From Octopus sinensis (taxonomy: Eukaryota): a DNA stretch of 64,000 nucleotides. A program made the translations under genes and the position numbers. The notes below the pieces were generated by a model, which worked only from the letters and a program-made list of their open reading frames with translations, was not told the DNA's origin and did no database searches. Below are positions 35,720-47,946 of the stretch, piece by piece (position 1 is the stretch's first letter; each line of letters begins with the position of its first letter). The stretch lies in the NCBI RefSeq assembly GCF_006345805.1, contig NW_021833274.1, forward strand, positions 1-64,000, given 5' to 3'.

Positions 35720-38700
35720 ATAATGTGGGATGAAATGCGATGCAATCATACATCATTACTTTTTAATTCGTGTCTAACCAATGTTTAATAAAAATTAATT
35801 ATGTAAATTCTATCTTAAATTATTTAAGAATCCAGATCGTCAGTGATTTCTCTTCTTCGCTTGGAAGAAGAGTTTGCAACAAAATTCTCATCATTTTCCA
35901 TTTCTGCGTCAAAGTAATTGTTCAACTGAGTGTCCTCACGACATGCCAGCTCCGCAAGTTGATTGGCGGCAGAGGCGTACTCCTCGTTGTCTACCTTCAT
36001 CCCATGTCTGTGTTCAATAAGCATACTCTCTAGAGTCCTCTTCAGCACAACCGACTGGATGTATGTCCTCGTTCCTTCTTCAATGGATAATTTGTCCATA
36101 TGACTTTTAAAGAACTTTGAGACAACTCCATCCCATGTCAAGACAATTGGAATAATCTTCACTTTTGCTTCATAGAGAACCGACAGTTCGTTTGCAAGCA
36201 GGTCATATTTGTGAAATTTCTCCACTTCAACTTGCTTTAAACGGTCTTGCGAGGTAACTCCCACTTCGATTAAATGAATTTCTCTTTTCCTCTTGTCATA
36301 AACGAAGATATCAGGTTTATTGAATTGAACCTTTGTTTCAGTCATAATTGAAGTGTCAACTCTGATTTCGACATTTTGGGTCGACAGTGTTGACACGACT
36401 GAATGTCCTTTCAATTTCCTGCTTCGTTTTATTCCATACATTCGACACAAGTGGAGATGAATACACTTTACCACTTCGTTGTGTCTTCGGAGATAATCAC
36501 TGTTTAGCATCCTACCACACCGCGTGGCTAGATGGTCAACAGTCTGCCTGCTTTTTTTGCAGTGGACGCATAGTGATCCCGTGTATGCAAAGAACAAATT
36601 CCTATCTTGCAAAAGACAGTACAATGCTTCGCTTCGTGGACCATTGTTCCCTTTCGATAGCTATTGCGAAGAAGTAGATATGTCGACATCTGATTCCTCC
36701 ATACATTTGAACATCACCGAGTGTAGTGATTTACTGTTAATTCGGTTAAGCAAGAGTTTCCTTTGTGCGTCCTTCAGTAACTCAATGGTCAGATTTTCCC
36801 TGCCGACAGCTGCATATTTGGAGACAAGAAATTCTGCGATTGTGGCTAAGTGCCATTTTTTTCCTTTTATTACTCGCAGAATACCCGACCTCCGCAGACA
36901 GGTAGTCGACTGTTTTTCCAAACTTTTAAGAAACTGGAAGAGCATTAATTCGCTTTTGAAAGAAATTGAGGCAAGTCCTCTTCCAAGGGTCTTGCGGTCC
37001 AAATACAACCTCTCCTTATTTGCAGGCTGGAGGTGTAACTTGAGAGTCGTAAGTAATCGGCGTATTTGTTGGTCAATCTCATCAAATTCGTAAGGTTCAA
37101 TATTGATTAGCCCATATAATAATTATATAGGGATAATGCATATTCATTGATTCCACGAAACAAATTTACAGCATTCAGGTTTGTTTTTGACAACATAGTT
37201 ATCCTCTTCTTGACATTCTCCAATATGGAGTCCATAACTTTATTCTTGAGAACATTACTTCCGCCATCTTCAAGTACACCCAAGTAGCGATATCCGTTGA
37301 TTCCATCGACAGTCTCACAGCATGATAAAGATTCAACATTAGATGCTGATTTTTCGGAATTCATCTCTAGGCCGACACTTTCAAAAAATCCATTAACAGT
37401 CTCCATCATTTTGACTAACACATCTTCTTTGAGGGCAACTATTTTCAGATCGTCAATAAAGAAGAAATGATTGGTGGAGTATGTCAACATATTGGGATCT
37501 TCCCGACTAATTTCGAGTTTGGGAAACATGGAGTTAAGCATCCTGCTTAGGGGATCCATCGCCATAACGAATAGCAGCGGGGACAATGAATCTCCTTGGA
37601 GTATTCCCCGGCTTAACTTTACTTTCCCAATTCTTTTCCCATCGATATGTAAGTTTACTGTCCACTTCTTGACTATGTTCTTTACAAAGCTGACAATCCA
37701 ATGTGGTATTCCAGAGCAATCCAATACGTGGAACAAGAACTCGTGATCAACTGAGTCAAATGCCTTCTTCACATCGACCCAAGCAGAATAGAGGCCATTT
37801 CCATACTCCTTATTTAAGCATTGGTTAATGAGGGCTTGCTCTTTGGCGCCTTGACATTGCTTTCTCGTCCCAAGCTGATTATCTGAGATTAAGCCAAATG
37901 CCTCGATGAAATCGGCCAGTTTGGCATTAACACATTTGGTGACAAGTTTATACAAAGTTGGCATACACGTTATAGGGCGTAAGTCCTTCGGGGTCTCACA
38001 CTCACTTTTTTTAGGGATCAAGTAAGTTACGCCAGTGTAAAACCAGCTATCAGGCGTGTACTCTCCATTAATTATTCGGACTATCTCTTTACACAGAAAC
38101 CCATGCAAAGAATCCATCTTCTTTAAGAAAAAGTTATACGTTCCGTCGCATCCGCATGCCTTCCAGTCAGGTGCATATTTGAGCATATCCATAATAAAAT
38201 CACTTGTGAATTGAGGTCGCATGGTTTCACCGCCAGTACACCTCACACCCACAAAATCATAAACTACGGGCCCCATATTTTTCTTGCTCCAGACATCTTC
38301 CCAAAATGATAAGCACTCACCATCACCAAACCCATACAGGGTGGCTTCGTTGCTCGAAGATAAGTTTCGATAAAATCTTCTGCGGTTTAATTCAAAACAC
38401 GCATTGTCTTTCCGGAAATTTTTCCTCGAGGAATGGATAGATATCTGTTTCTTTTTGATTCTAATTAGATCATTCAATAGAGTCTCAATTCTGGTTAGCT
38501 CCCCCTTCTTAGACTTCTTATATCCGTAGCGGCAGAGAACATCCATTGCCTTTTGCTTTTCTGCCTGAGGCAAGGTTTGTTTGGAGAAGGAACGAACTGT
38601 GTCAATTTCATCTGCTAATTTAGAGATTTTTCTTTCCGTGTTTTCCAACCATGTGCTCTGTGGTCTGGCTTTCGTAGTTAAGGCCAAATAAGCACACTGT

Positions 38701-39350
38701 GCAGCATATAGAATATCGGTAATTTGATTAATATCTTGGGGCGGATCATCTTTTGTAATATGATAAATTGCAGAATTTAATCCAGCCAGGATATCAGTTT
38801 TTACCATCCTTCGTTGCACCTTTGGAGTTGGCTTTCGAGAGTCTCTCTGAATAGACTGAACTTTCCCAATTTGGAATTTGAGTTCCTCTAGGCAATTTCT
38901 GAAACTGGAAATTTCTACGTCCACATCATCTTGCACTCTGGAAGAGTCGCATCTCCCTTGCACATTGTTATTCCGTCTAGCCATGCTCTTTAGTTGGCAT
39001 AAACTGGAGCACTTTGCCGAGTACTTCTCATTGAACTTCTCCAGGACAAGGTTCCAACCACCTCTTGGCATCCTTCCAAGTCTTTGCTTCGCGGCAAGGG
39101 CAATCTGAGACACCCATTCGCCTTCAGAGACACCATTGACATTTCCGATGATCGCAGAAAGAGAATGCAAGTTAGTTTTGGCAGCATCACCAACAAGATC
39201 TTCTTTAACACCATTAGCTCTTGTGGCATTGTGAGGTCCCATAGGCGACGGTCCTGTCTTTTTTAAGTTCTTTTTATTTGCAGGAAGGCCCGTAGGTTTC
39301 GTTTTCCTTAACTGCTTGGAAACGTACATGCACACACCACAACAACTATA
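35720..39350 (-). mobile_element. Near-intact R4/Dong-like non-LTR retrotransposon (RT, CCHC and restriction-like endonuclease)
   Basis: Single long frame from ATG 39329 to stop 35824, broken by one 1-nt deletion near 37110 and one TAG at 36661-36663. Motifs WFYTGVTYLIPK, LRPITC, WVDVKKAFDSV, GILQGDSLSPLLF, FFIDDLK, CVHC...DHLATRC, KPDIF, IEVG, EKFHKY. Confidence 0.93.
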
Positions 39351-39359
39351 AACTTTACT

Positions 39360-39800
39360 TTTTAATATTAAAGTAAGATGGTTGTCATGTGGAAGGGTAT
39401 TGCAAAGTTTGTTCGACTTACGTAGCGAACTTGTTGTGTTTTCCAAGAATCAAAATTTCTCAATTTAAATAAACAATTTTTTGTTAGTAAGGGAAAATTG
39501 GATATTTAGTTCTCATTTACGCGAAACTTAATAAATTTACATTATCGCTTTAGGAAAAATATCAAACTTTTTTATTTTAAATGTAAGAGAGTAATGGAAT
39601 AAAAACGAAAAATCAAATTTTAGAGGGTTTTCGTTGATAAAATAAAATTTCATGTACTATTGATTTGCAAGAATGTCTTGATAAATCAAAATGCGAATTG
39701 AATGATAAAGTTCTTCAGGACATCAAAGATCAGTTGGTTATATAATTATGATAACATTCTGAAATATTTTCCGGATAAACTCGAGGACATTAAAAATGCG
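39360..39800 (+). mobile_element. hAT transposase remnant adjoining the R4/Dong element 5' end
   Basis: KVRWLSCGRVLQSLFDLRSEL; homologous to [11 protein letters not shown] at about 32250. Confidence 0.65.
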
Positions 39801-40270
39801 GCAAACATTCTTGAAATCGATATGTCAAGAGCTTTTGACTCGATCAATCGTTAGAAATTGATGGATTTCCTTACAGAATTTCTTAACAAATCCTCTACCA
39901 GGATGATCAGGGAACTCTTATAAGAAACCTATCTATCGGTCAGGGTACGTAACAAGTACTCTAAGCCATTTGAAACAACATCCAGAACACATTAAGAGGA
40001 TCCGTTATCTTCTATGCTGTTTGTCATATATCTGGAAGATACACTGAGAGAATTAAAACTATACTATGAAAGAAAGATCAACATGGTGGCATATGCAAAT
40101 AACCCGGATTTTATTTTCTCTGACAGGAATGCTCTAAAAAGCATATTGCAGGTGATGCTAAATAAACTTGCAGGGTAATTCCTCAATGTAAATGTGGAGA
40201 AAACAGAATTTAAGAAACCTATATCTCTATTGGGATACGAACAAGACCTGTTTATGTAAAAAACACATGT
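39800..40270 (+). mobile_element. Degenerate RTE-like RT fragment
   Basis: IDMSRAFDSINR...DPLSSMLFVIYLED...MVAYAN. Confidence 0.65.
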
Positions 40271-42634
40271 AAACAGCGCACTGAGCAGCCTAAACGAAAA
40301 TTAGTTAAAGCGCAAAGGACTCAGTACACATACTATCATATCGAGGTTACCTCCAAGGTATAAAATGGACTGTTCTGGATGTGGTATATACTTTGGGTCA
40401 TTCGAAATAACGGGGAATACTTTGATCAAGGTATTGAGGATCCTCAAGAAGAATATTTTGGCGTCGAAATGTCTAGAGAGCTTGTTCTTGCTGATCAGCA
40501 AGGCTATCAGCATTCGCAAACACCTCTAGAAAAACAGGACGGATAAGGATTCCAAATACAGACTCCTCACCGAGTGCAAATTAGTACGTCCACTCATACC
40601 TTCTCTATCATATCCTGGTTTTTCGATTAATTGTTTCGTTTATTGAATATATCATAATTTTCAAAAATTCAATTTATATACATTTATATGGTTAGCTGAG
40701 CTTTAATATAAGCATTAATGTTGAAGTTCTAAAAATTAGCTTTAAACAACATTTTTAAAGAATCAAAGTTCTATTCATTAATTGTTGATTTCAAGTAACA
40801 GAGATAAAGCAACGTTGTAAGTAGCAACTAACGGAAGAATACTCATTTTCGCCCAATATGCGAATTCCCTTTTCTGTTTGATTTTTTCGCTTAAATAATG
40901 AAATCGGAAGAAAATATCTGCAGACTTTACACATAATGGACAGTTGGATTCTCCGCTCCTCCAACTTGACAGAGAGATGTTTAGCGTGTCAGAATGTGAA
41001 GGGAAACGTTCGATATAATTCACTTTGTGAAGACGGGACTACTATAGCAGCCCTAAAATTAAATCTGGCTATTGAGGTTTAAAGTAATCAGCCGCTAGAT
41101 ATTTTGTATCAATAAATTGGCTGACTTTTAGGATAATTTTAATAAATCTTCTTGTTAGCAGGTGAATTGTTCATGTTGTGAAAGTGAGAATATCGTGCAT
41201 TATATGGGATTGAATTGTCACAAAGTAATACAAGAGCCTCTTAGATTTTGTGGCTATATAAAAAAACAACTAAAGCAGGCATAGAACACGCAAGCGTGAA
41301 GAAACGTTGATTTTTATGCATTCTCATGAAGAAAAGCCCGAATTTAGGCACCTTCGAATCGATCGGTCTAAGAGAAAAAGGTCAGAGTCGATTAAATATT
41401 TATTCAGTAGACAAAGGTTATTCCACGGGAGACTCCATGATCAATTCTACAATATATTGAAACAAAGATAAAGATTCTTAGAATTTTAAACTGCGTGTTG
41501 ATCCTACCATAACGACTAATACCAGTGTGACAAGTCTAAAAACTTTATTTACATCATAAAATAGATTAAAGAAAACTTAGGTCCAAAAAGTTCTTAGTCT
41601 AGCGTCAACATATTCGATAACTATTTTGCAATAATCCATTCCAGTTATTTGAGCATTCTACTAGAGTTTTTTCTCAACAGCTTTCCTTTAATGCGATGTC
41701 TTTGAGAGCATATCTAACCTCATCAAACGTTACTGTTCTCGGAGTAATCTTAACCTCTCTTTCCTGGCCTACAGTGTCTTAGAAACTGTTGGAAATGATG
41801 TTGTGAGCAAAGCCAATTTTATTATCAGAGAAAGAATTGACAACTTTGAAAAATGAAGAAAAATTGTCACTTAATTGCCATTTCACTATATATTTGTTAT
41901 TTATTTGATAAATAACTTAGATTACTTTACGTTCGTCAATAAATAATTGGTTAAAGTATGATTTTTTAAAACGGACATTTGCAATCATTAGAAGTTGTAG
42001 ATGATCAAAATAGGAGATAGATTAGTATTTTTGTAAAGTGAAATAATTGGTGGTTTTCAGTTGGTAGACTTCCGGCAAAGACGCTGCTCTACCGGTAGGT
42101 CAGTTTCATAAATTCGGCCTCATTGCTTCTGGGTCTCTCGGTTTGGTCGGTATATTTGGAAAAGTGTGGATATCTGTGAATCTGAGGCCAAAAATGTGAA
42201 GGGAGCTAATCTAGACACAAATACTCCTAATCGAGAAGAAAATATGGAGTTGTCAAAGAATGCATGAATGATTTCGGCTTTCACTAGAGTTTAATAAATC
42301 ACGTTGAGATTATTTAAATTGATTAGCCAGAGGAGAGAGACCAACTTTGTTATTTAAACATAAAAGACAAAATCTTAATTATTGCTGAGGAAGATTGAGA
42401 TTATTCTACAATTTTGCTACGATCATCGATCTGACTATTTTCTTCAATTTGTTAAAATATCCGTATAAAGTATTGACACTATACTCAATGTTCTATCTCA
42501 GCTTTAAATACAATTCTTGGATGTTTTGTTTAAGTTTTCGTGGAAAACGGTCATCGAATTGATACTAGGCTACTTAATAATATATTTAAAGAAAATATTT
42601 TTTTAAGCAATAGTTACAATGCAATTAAAAAAAA

Positions 42635-43015
42635 TCTAGCTATTAAGTACCGGCTCGCAGGATTGAGAGACAATTCCTGCGTAAAACAGCCAGCGAGATC
42701 CTCTGAATAAGGAATATAAATTCCCTGGGATCTCTGGAACGATGGGTGCACAGACGGCCAAGTTTCTTAAAATAAGCAAGCGTCTTGGCCCCAAAAACAC
42801 AGTTAGTCTCGACGGCAATTGCCCTAAATCAAAATCGATCGCGTAAATCCTCGTATTTCGTCAGTTTCGTTAATTCGGCCTTCTCGGCCGACGAACTGGG
42901 TCGACAAGCCGTGGAATTCAAGGCTCCCTTGGCGAAAGAGTCGGCACAGCTGACGTCCCAAACAAGCTGCTTCCGGATTCAAAAGCGAAAACCATAGAAT
43001 ATTTGTATTTGAATA
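42635..43015 (-). mobile_element. CRE-clade 3' fragment
   Basis: AACLGRQLCRLF, PRDSREFIFLIQRISLAVLRRNCLSIL-type ending; same subfamily as 360-600. Confidence 0.75.
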
Positions 43016-43814
43016 TCCTCTAGCTTTAGATTGAAGTTGCTTTCTATAGTTATATAATTGAAGTAACAATTATTCAAACAACAATTAAATCAATGTATTA
43101 AAGCAATTTTTTTATTTCTACAAAAATATTTAACACAATAAACTCATTGTTTTAAAGACTAAAAATAAATAACTTGCCTTTTGATTCTTTAATTTTGGAT
43201 AATACAATTTGATCTTAATAATTCCTGAATGATTAACTTTAAAATAACACTGAACAACCAACAAAAAACTTAAATTCTACAAAATAAAATTTTAATAATC
43301 TTCATATAGACTGATTGCAAAACATTCTAAAAATCTGAAAATTGACAGAAATGATTTCAAAGGTTATTATTTTAATAAATAAAGAATTTATGCGCCCGAT
43401 TAGTCAAAGATGACTTTTTTTAGTAAAAGCCGATAATTTTTAGTTTCGATAGTTAGTTAATACACTTCCGCGTTACTAATAAAACATGTTTATCGTTTCG
43501 TTTGTGCCATATTCTTAACTATTCTCGTCGTTAATCTTTTTCATCCGTTTCTTTGTCTTTCTCGCATTCTGATTTCATCCTTCAATCGGCCCCCGATAAC
43601 AGCATAGTCCTCCCAAATATCCCGGGGAGACATATTTTTAGACGTCCTATAAAAGTTGGATATTCATTATGGGAAAAATTCTTCCAAGGAGGCATTACAA
43701 AAATGTTCCTACATTAATCCGTAAAATATGTCCAAAGAGGCGCCAACAAGCTTCAAGACTTATAGGTTAGCTTTGTTAATGAAACAAGATTACAAAATAA
43801 TTTATTTTAAAAAA

Positions 43815-44592
43815 TCAGGACTTCCTTAACGTACACTCATCAGGCATCCGTTCGACATAATACCTACAGTCTACAAAACAGTCAACTTGTGATTGGATAT
43901 ATACAAAATGGGAACTCCCGGTACTTTTCTGATTCTCCTTTTCAGATCCCGGTCACAAGTGGCCACAATGTAGCATTTGTGCTTAAAAATAAATCGACCA
44001 ACTGGGAACCTCGGTGACGCGTTTGACAATGCAGTCGTCGCTATACGTCCCCTTATGAATGCAATTTAATCGACGAAAATTGCTTTCCTTCACAATCCTA
44101 CGAAAATATACACAAAAGACACTTTAATGCTACTCTGAATTTCTTTCCGAGTTTTTCTAACTCACCGATCACGCAATCTGTGATATATGCCGTGCCTATA
44201 ATCAAAAATGGCGGGAACTTACATTTGGCAGTAAGACATGTCATCAGATTCTCAACAATGTCCAATTTGTTACGAATTGATATGTTTATGAAGTTTGTGT
44301 CGAGAATAACATGATAGGGAGGACCAAGCTGAGTGTTGTAGCTCAGGAACATGGAGGATGATATTTTGTTTCTGAAATATTGAGGAATAAGCACAACATA
44401 TGTTTCACGGTGATTTGGTGGCCTTCGTCTGGCTTAGGCTTGGGTTTGACGGGAGGACGATTTTCTTCTTTTCTAAGAAAATGTAAGTTTAATTATACAT
44501 TCTACTGTCGTTTAAATTAATTAGACGTTTTTTGGTTGCAAATCTCTTTGTTTTTTTAATTCGAGTCTAAATATGAAATAAACCAGTACCAT
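43815..44592 (-). CDS. FCF1: rRNA-processing PIN-domain protein Fcf1 (SSU processome), 8 exons, 199 aa, intact
   Basis: GT-AG introns at 44567-44589, 44473-44498, 44372-44397, 44196-44222, 44098-44122, 43982-44009 and 43864-43886 give a 600-nt open CDS. Hallmark motifs: [73 protein letters not shown]. Confidence 0.95.
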
Positions 44593-44598
44593 CACGTG
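44593..44598. promoter_or_regulatory. Canonical E-box CACGTG directly abutting the FCF1 start codon
   Basis: Minus strand reads ATCACGTG-ATG, inside the 10-bp palindrome ATCACGTGAT (44591-44600). Confidence 0.45.
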
Positions 44599-44939
44599 AT
44601 ACCAAACGTTTCTTATATTTTATCCAAAATTAATTAATATAAAATAACTGACTAAACTCATATTATTAATAGAAAGTTTAATTTACTAAAAATTTTAAAA
44701 AAACTTAACATTAACTCTATCTTAGTTTCATTTCGTAATTCAATCTAAATGTTAGGAAAGACTATTAACCAATAATCTGTTATTGGACATTATATTGTTT
44801 ACTTTTCCATTTTCTTCATATCCAAATTCAAATCTGTGTAGCTTTAATGACGAATTCGTCTCATAACCTTCATCGTTGACAGTATAACCTACATGATTTG
44901 ACATTCAATTAATAATGAAAATAATTTATTATAAAAAGG

Positions 44940-45910
44940 GTTGGCTTCATTCACGAATGTATCCCAAAGGAAGGCTGCCATCCTTGCTGCTGAAAATCTC
45001 GTCAATTCAGAGACTCCCTTTGATCAAACCTCCCATAACGCGCTTCCTGCCGCGAATGATGGCGACTATCTCTACAGGAAGATAAACAGCAAACTCATAG
45101 ATGGGGATGTTCGAGGAGCTGTCAGGCTTCTCGCCTCGACGAGTTCCATCTTATCCCCGACACCCGCCGTTCTGAATTCTGTCAGGAAGAAATATCCCTT
45201 CCAGCCCCTCGACTTCAGGCCTCAGCCGTCTCCTCCCACACTTGCTGTCAATCCCTTTTTGGTTTCGGAAGACCTCGTACTGAAAGACCTGAGGAACTTT
45301 TCCCCAAGAAGCAGCGGTGAATAGATGGCCTGAAGCCCAGTCATCTAAAAGATCTGACTTCCCCTTCACCGCTGAAGCTGGACGGAGATTACTACGTATA
45401 ATTACCAACCTGTGAAACTGTTTTATTTCCGGTTCTCTTTTTGATTTTGCACGCGGGATCTTCTTTTCTGGTAACCTTATTGCCTTCTGGAAAAAGGACA
45501 ACCGTATGAGACCTATCGCCGTGAGGAATGTTTTCTGGAGGCTCTTTGCTAAGTTTCTGTGTCAACCCATTGTCGACTGCTTGTTTTCGGAGTTTCTACC
45601 TGCCCAACTCGGAGTCGGTGTCAAAAATGGCTGCTAAGCGGCTGTTTAGTGAACTAATAGAATCGTCCTCGAAGTTTATCATGGTTAAACTAGACGTTTT
45701 GAACGCCTTTAATTCCATCAGACGTAATCACCTGCTAGAGCGCTGCCGCGAAATGCTTCGTTTTACATATCCTCTCGTGCATGTCTCATATACTTCTCCA
45801 AGCATCCTTATGTTTGACAATGTTCCTGTCTCTTCGTCCACCGGGGTCAAGCAGAGTAATCCCTGGGCCCGTGGCTTTTTGCTCTGAACGTTAATAGTAT
45901 CGCCCACTCT
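44940..45910 (+). mobile_element. CRE-clade reverse transcriptase region, degenerate
   Basis: DGDVRGAVRLL, DGLKPSHLKDL, RPIAVRNVFWRL, QLGVGVKNG, KLDVLNAFNSIRR, GVKQ-x-P-x-GP. Confidence 0.85.
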
Positions 45911-46040
45911 GTCTGATTTTTTATTAACATTTGGTACCTGGTAGTATTAAAGAATTTGTTAGTTTTCTTAATAAAAAGAAAGTATTACGTAAAAGTCTCG
46001 ATTAGTAAAAAGATGTTAGTTTATTGTTAATTAAACAGTT

Positions 46041-46499
46041 TTACGGAAGTAAAACATTTTCAATGACATTTCCATCTAAATTCCTAACAGGTTCATCTCG
46101 TATTTTAGGAAAATCTTCATTAGGGTTTTTGTAAGATTTTCCGGGAATGTTTAAATCACGTTCATTTTTATATTTTGGAGAAAACGGCAAATTTTGACCA
46201 AATCGGTCCATTTCAGGAAAATTCATATTTCTATTTTTCTGTGGTCTATTATGAAATCTTTGTCTTGATCTAGTATTTTCCAGATAACCTCCAAATTTTC
46301 TGTCGAAATATTCTTTACGACTTTTGAGATAATTTAAATATGAATAAAAATCTGGGTAATGTTCGGCAAGCTCAGACTCAGATTCAAACAATTCATGTTG
46401 AAGTGGATTTTCAAATCCTTCATTAAAATCAATTTCCGGTTTATAGAATCCGTGTATTTTTAAACTTAGTAGTATTACAGAAAATAAAAATTTGTTCAT
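46041..46499 (-). CDS. Single-exon orphan protein, 152 aa, with predicted N-terminal signal peptide
   Basis: ATG-initiated ORF starting MNKFLFSVILLSLKIHG, then a hydrophilic body. TATATAAAG lies about 22-30 nt upstream and AATAAA about 20 nt after the stop. No transposon motifs. Confidence 0.7.
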   Translation of the reverse strand: MNKFLFSVILLSLKIHGFYKPEIDFNEGFENPLQHELFESESELAEHYPDFYSYLNYLKSRKEYFDRKFGGYLENTRSRQRFHNRPQKNRNMNFPEMDRFGQNLPFSPKYKNERDLNIPGKSYKNPNEDFPKIRDEPVRNLDGNVIENVLLP

Positions 46500-46520
46500 T
46501 GTTCAAAGTTTTATCAAGCT

Positions 46521-46529
46521 CTTTATATA
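46521..46529 (-). promoter_or_regulatory. TATA box of the orphan gene
   Basis: Minus strand TATATAAAG just upstream of the ATG at 46499. Confidence 0.5.
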
Positions 46530-46683
46530 GTATCTTTGACGTCGTTAATACGCAATGGTATATTTATTTACAGAAGTAAATCCAGATTTTGCTGATATTA
46601 TGGTTATTTTTATCAAGCTAAATTGCAAAACATAAAAATAGTAATTAAATTACTCTTTTGAAAAATAGCAGACTTTTTAGATA

Positions 46684-47946
46684 CAGTAAAACCTCTCTAA
46701 TCCGCCGATTTTTTGGTCGGTCCCAAAATCGGCGGATTCGAGAAATCGGCGGATTCGAGAGGCAATTTAAATAAAATTTTATAGTTAAAACATGAACTTA
46801 TAATATAGATTAAATATTTCTTTTTATATACAAATGACTGAATACACAAATTATTTATATTCAAATTATCAGAAATTTTATAACATTTCCTCAATTCGCA
46901 TAATATTTTAGAGATCATCTATCTATTGCAAGTAGAATTTTTCTTTTTTGCTTCGCAAGTTCACAATCAAAATAACTGAGCCACTTGTTAAAAATTTCAG
47001 GGTTCATCCATGTCTTATTGGAATGGGTGTAGGCAACATATTTTCCAATGTTGAAATTTTTAAAACATCTTGGACTTTTAAATCTTCCTATCATTACAGG
47101 CCTTCTTTTATCGGAACCAGAACAATTTGCGCATAATAGTAAAGAAAATCGATCCTTCAATAACTTTATTCCAGGCCTTGATTTAGTGCACACATGTTTA
47201 GAAGAAATCGCCTTGTAAAAAACACCACTTTCATCTGAATTATAGACATTGTCCAATCCATATTGTTTAGTTTTTAAACTGATTGTTTCATTAAAATCAG
47301 CAATATATTTTTCATCATGATTTACTGATCCAGTGTCTCCATGAAATTTTCTGACTTGATGCCATTTCGTAATTTAAACTTTTCTAGCCACCCACGACTT
47401 GCTTTAAATTCTGGAAAATTTTTTTCAAAATTTAAGAGCTTTTGCAATTAACATCGAATCTGATAGAATTGCTCCACTAGATTCCATTAAGTCAATCCAT
47501 GTTATCATCGCTACATCAATTTCATTAAATTTGAGTTTTGGAATTCTCATTATGTTTAATTTTTTGATATCAGTCCTATTCAAAAAGTCCGATTTTGATT
47601 TAAGGTCGTTTATAGTTTTCGGAAAAATTTTCTTTTTTAATCGTGAAAAAAAATCCTGGAAATTTGAGGTGCAGAAACAAATGGGTTGTCAGAAATATAA
47701 CGTAGTATAGAAATTTTTTCGTTGATAGAAAGTCTAACACAACGACGCATTACAAAAATACAATTTAACGTGTAATGAAAATTTTAAAATGTTAATAAAA
47801 AATTATTTTTCATAATACTTGAGGAGCGGATTCGAGAAACAAGCGGATTCAAGAATCATTCATAAGAAATATCAAATTTTTGATTAAAACAAGCGGATTC
47901 GAGAAGCGACGGATTCGAGAAGCAGCGGATTCGAGAGGTTTCACTG
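46684..47946 (-). mobile_element. pogo/Tigger element with truncated transposase; its right TIR is also at window bases 1-32
   Basis: TIRs CAGT(A/G)AAACCTCTC-x-AATCCGC with TA TSD and internal GCGGATTCGAGA repeats. Peptide VYNSDESGVFYK...KDRFSLLLCANCSG...WMNPEIF. Confidence 0.9.

Noticed and set aside
39330-39446. ORF-track N-terminus MENTTSS... of the 779-aa RT protein
   Set aside because: This stretch is the antisense of a hAT remnant; the element more plausibly starts near ATG 39329.
40778-41480. Possible ankyrin-like or Cys-containing gene remnant
   Set aside because: Only a TFLHAC-like hint amid many stops; insufficient.
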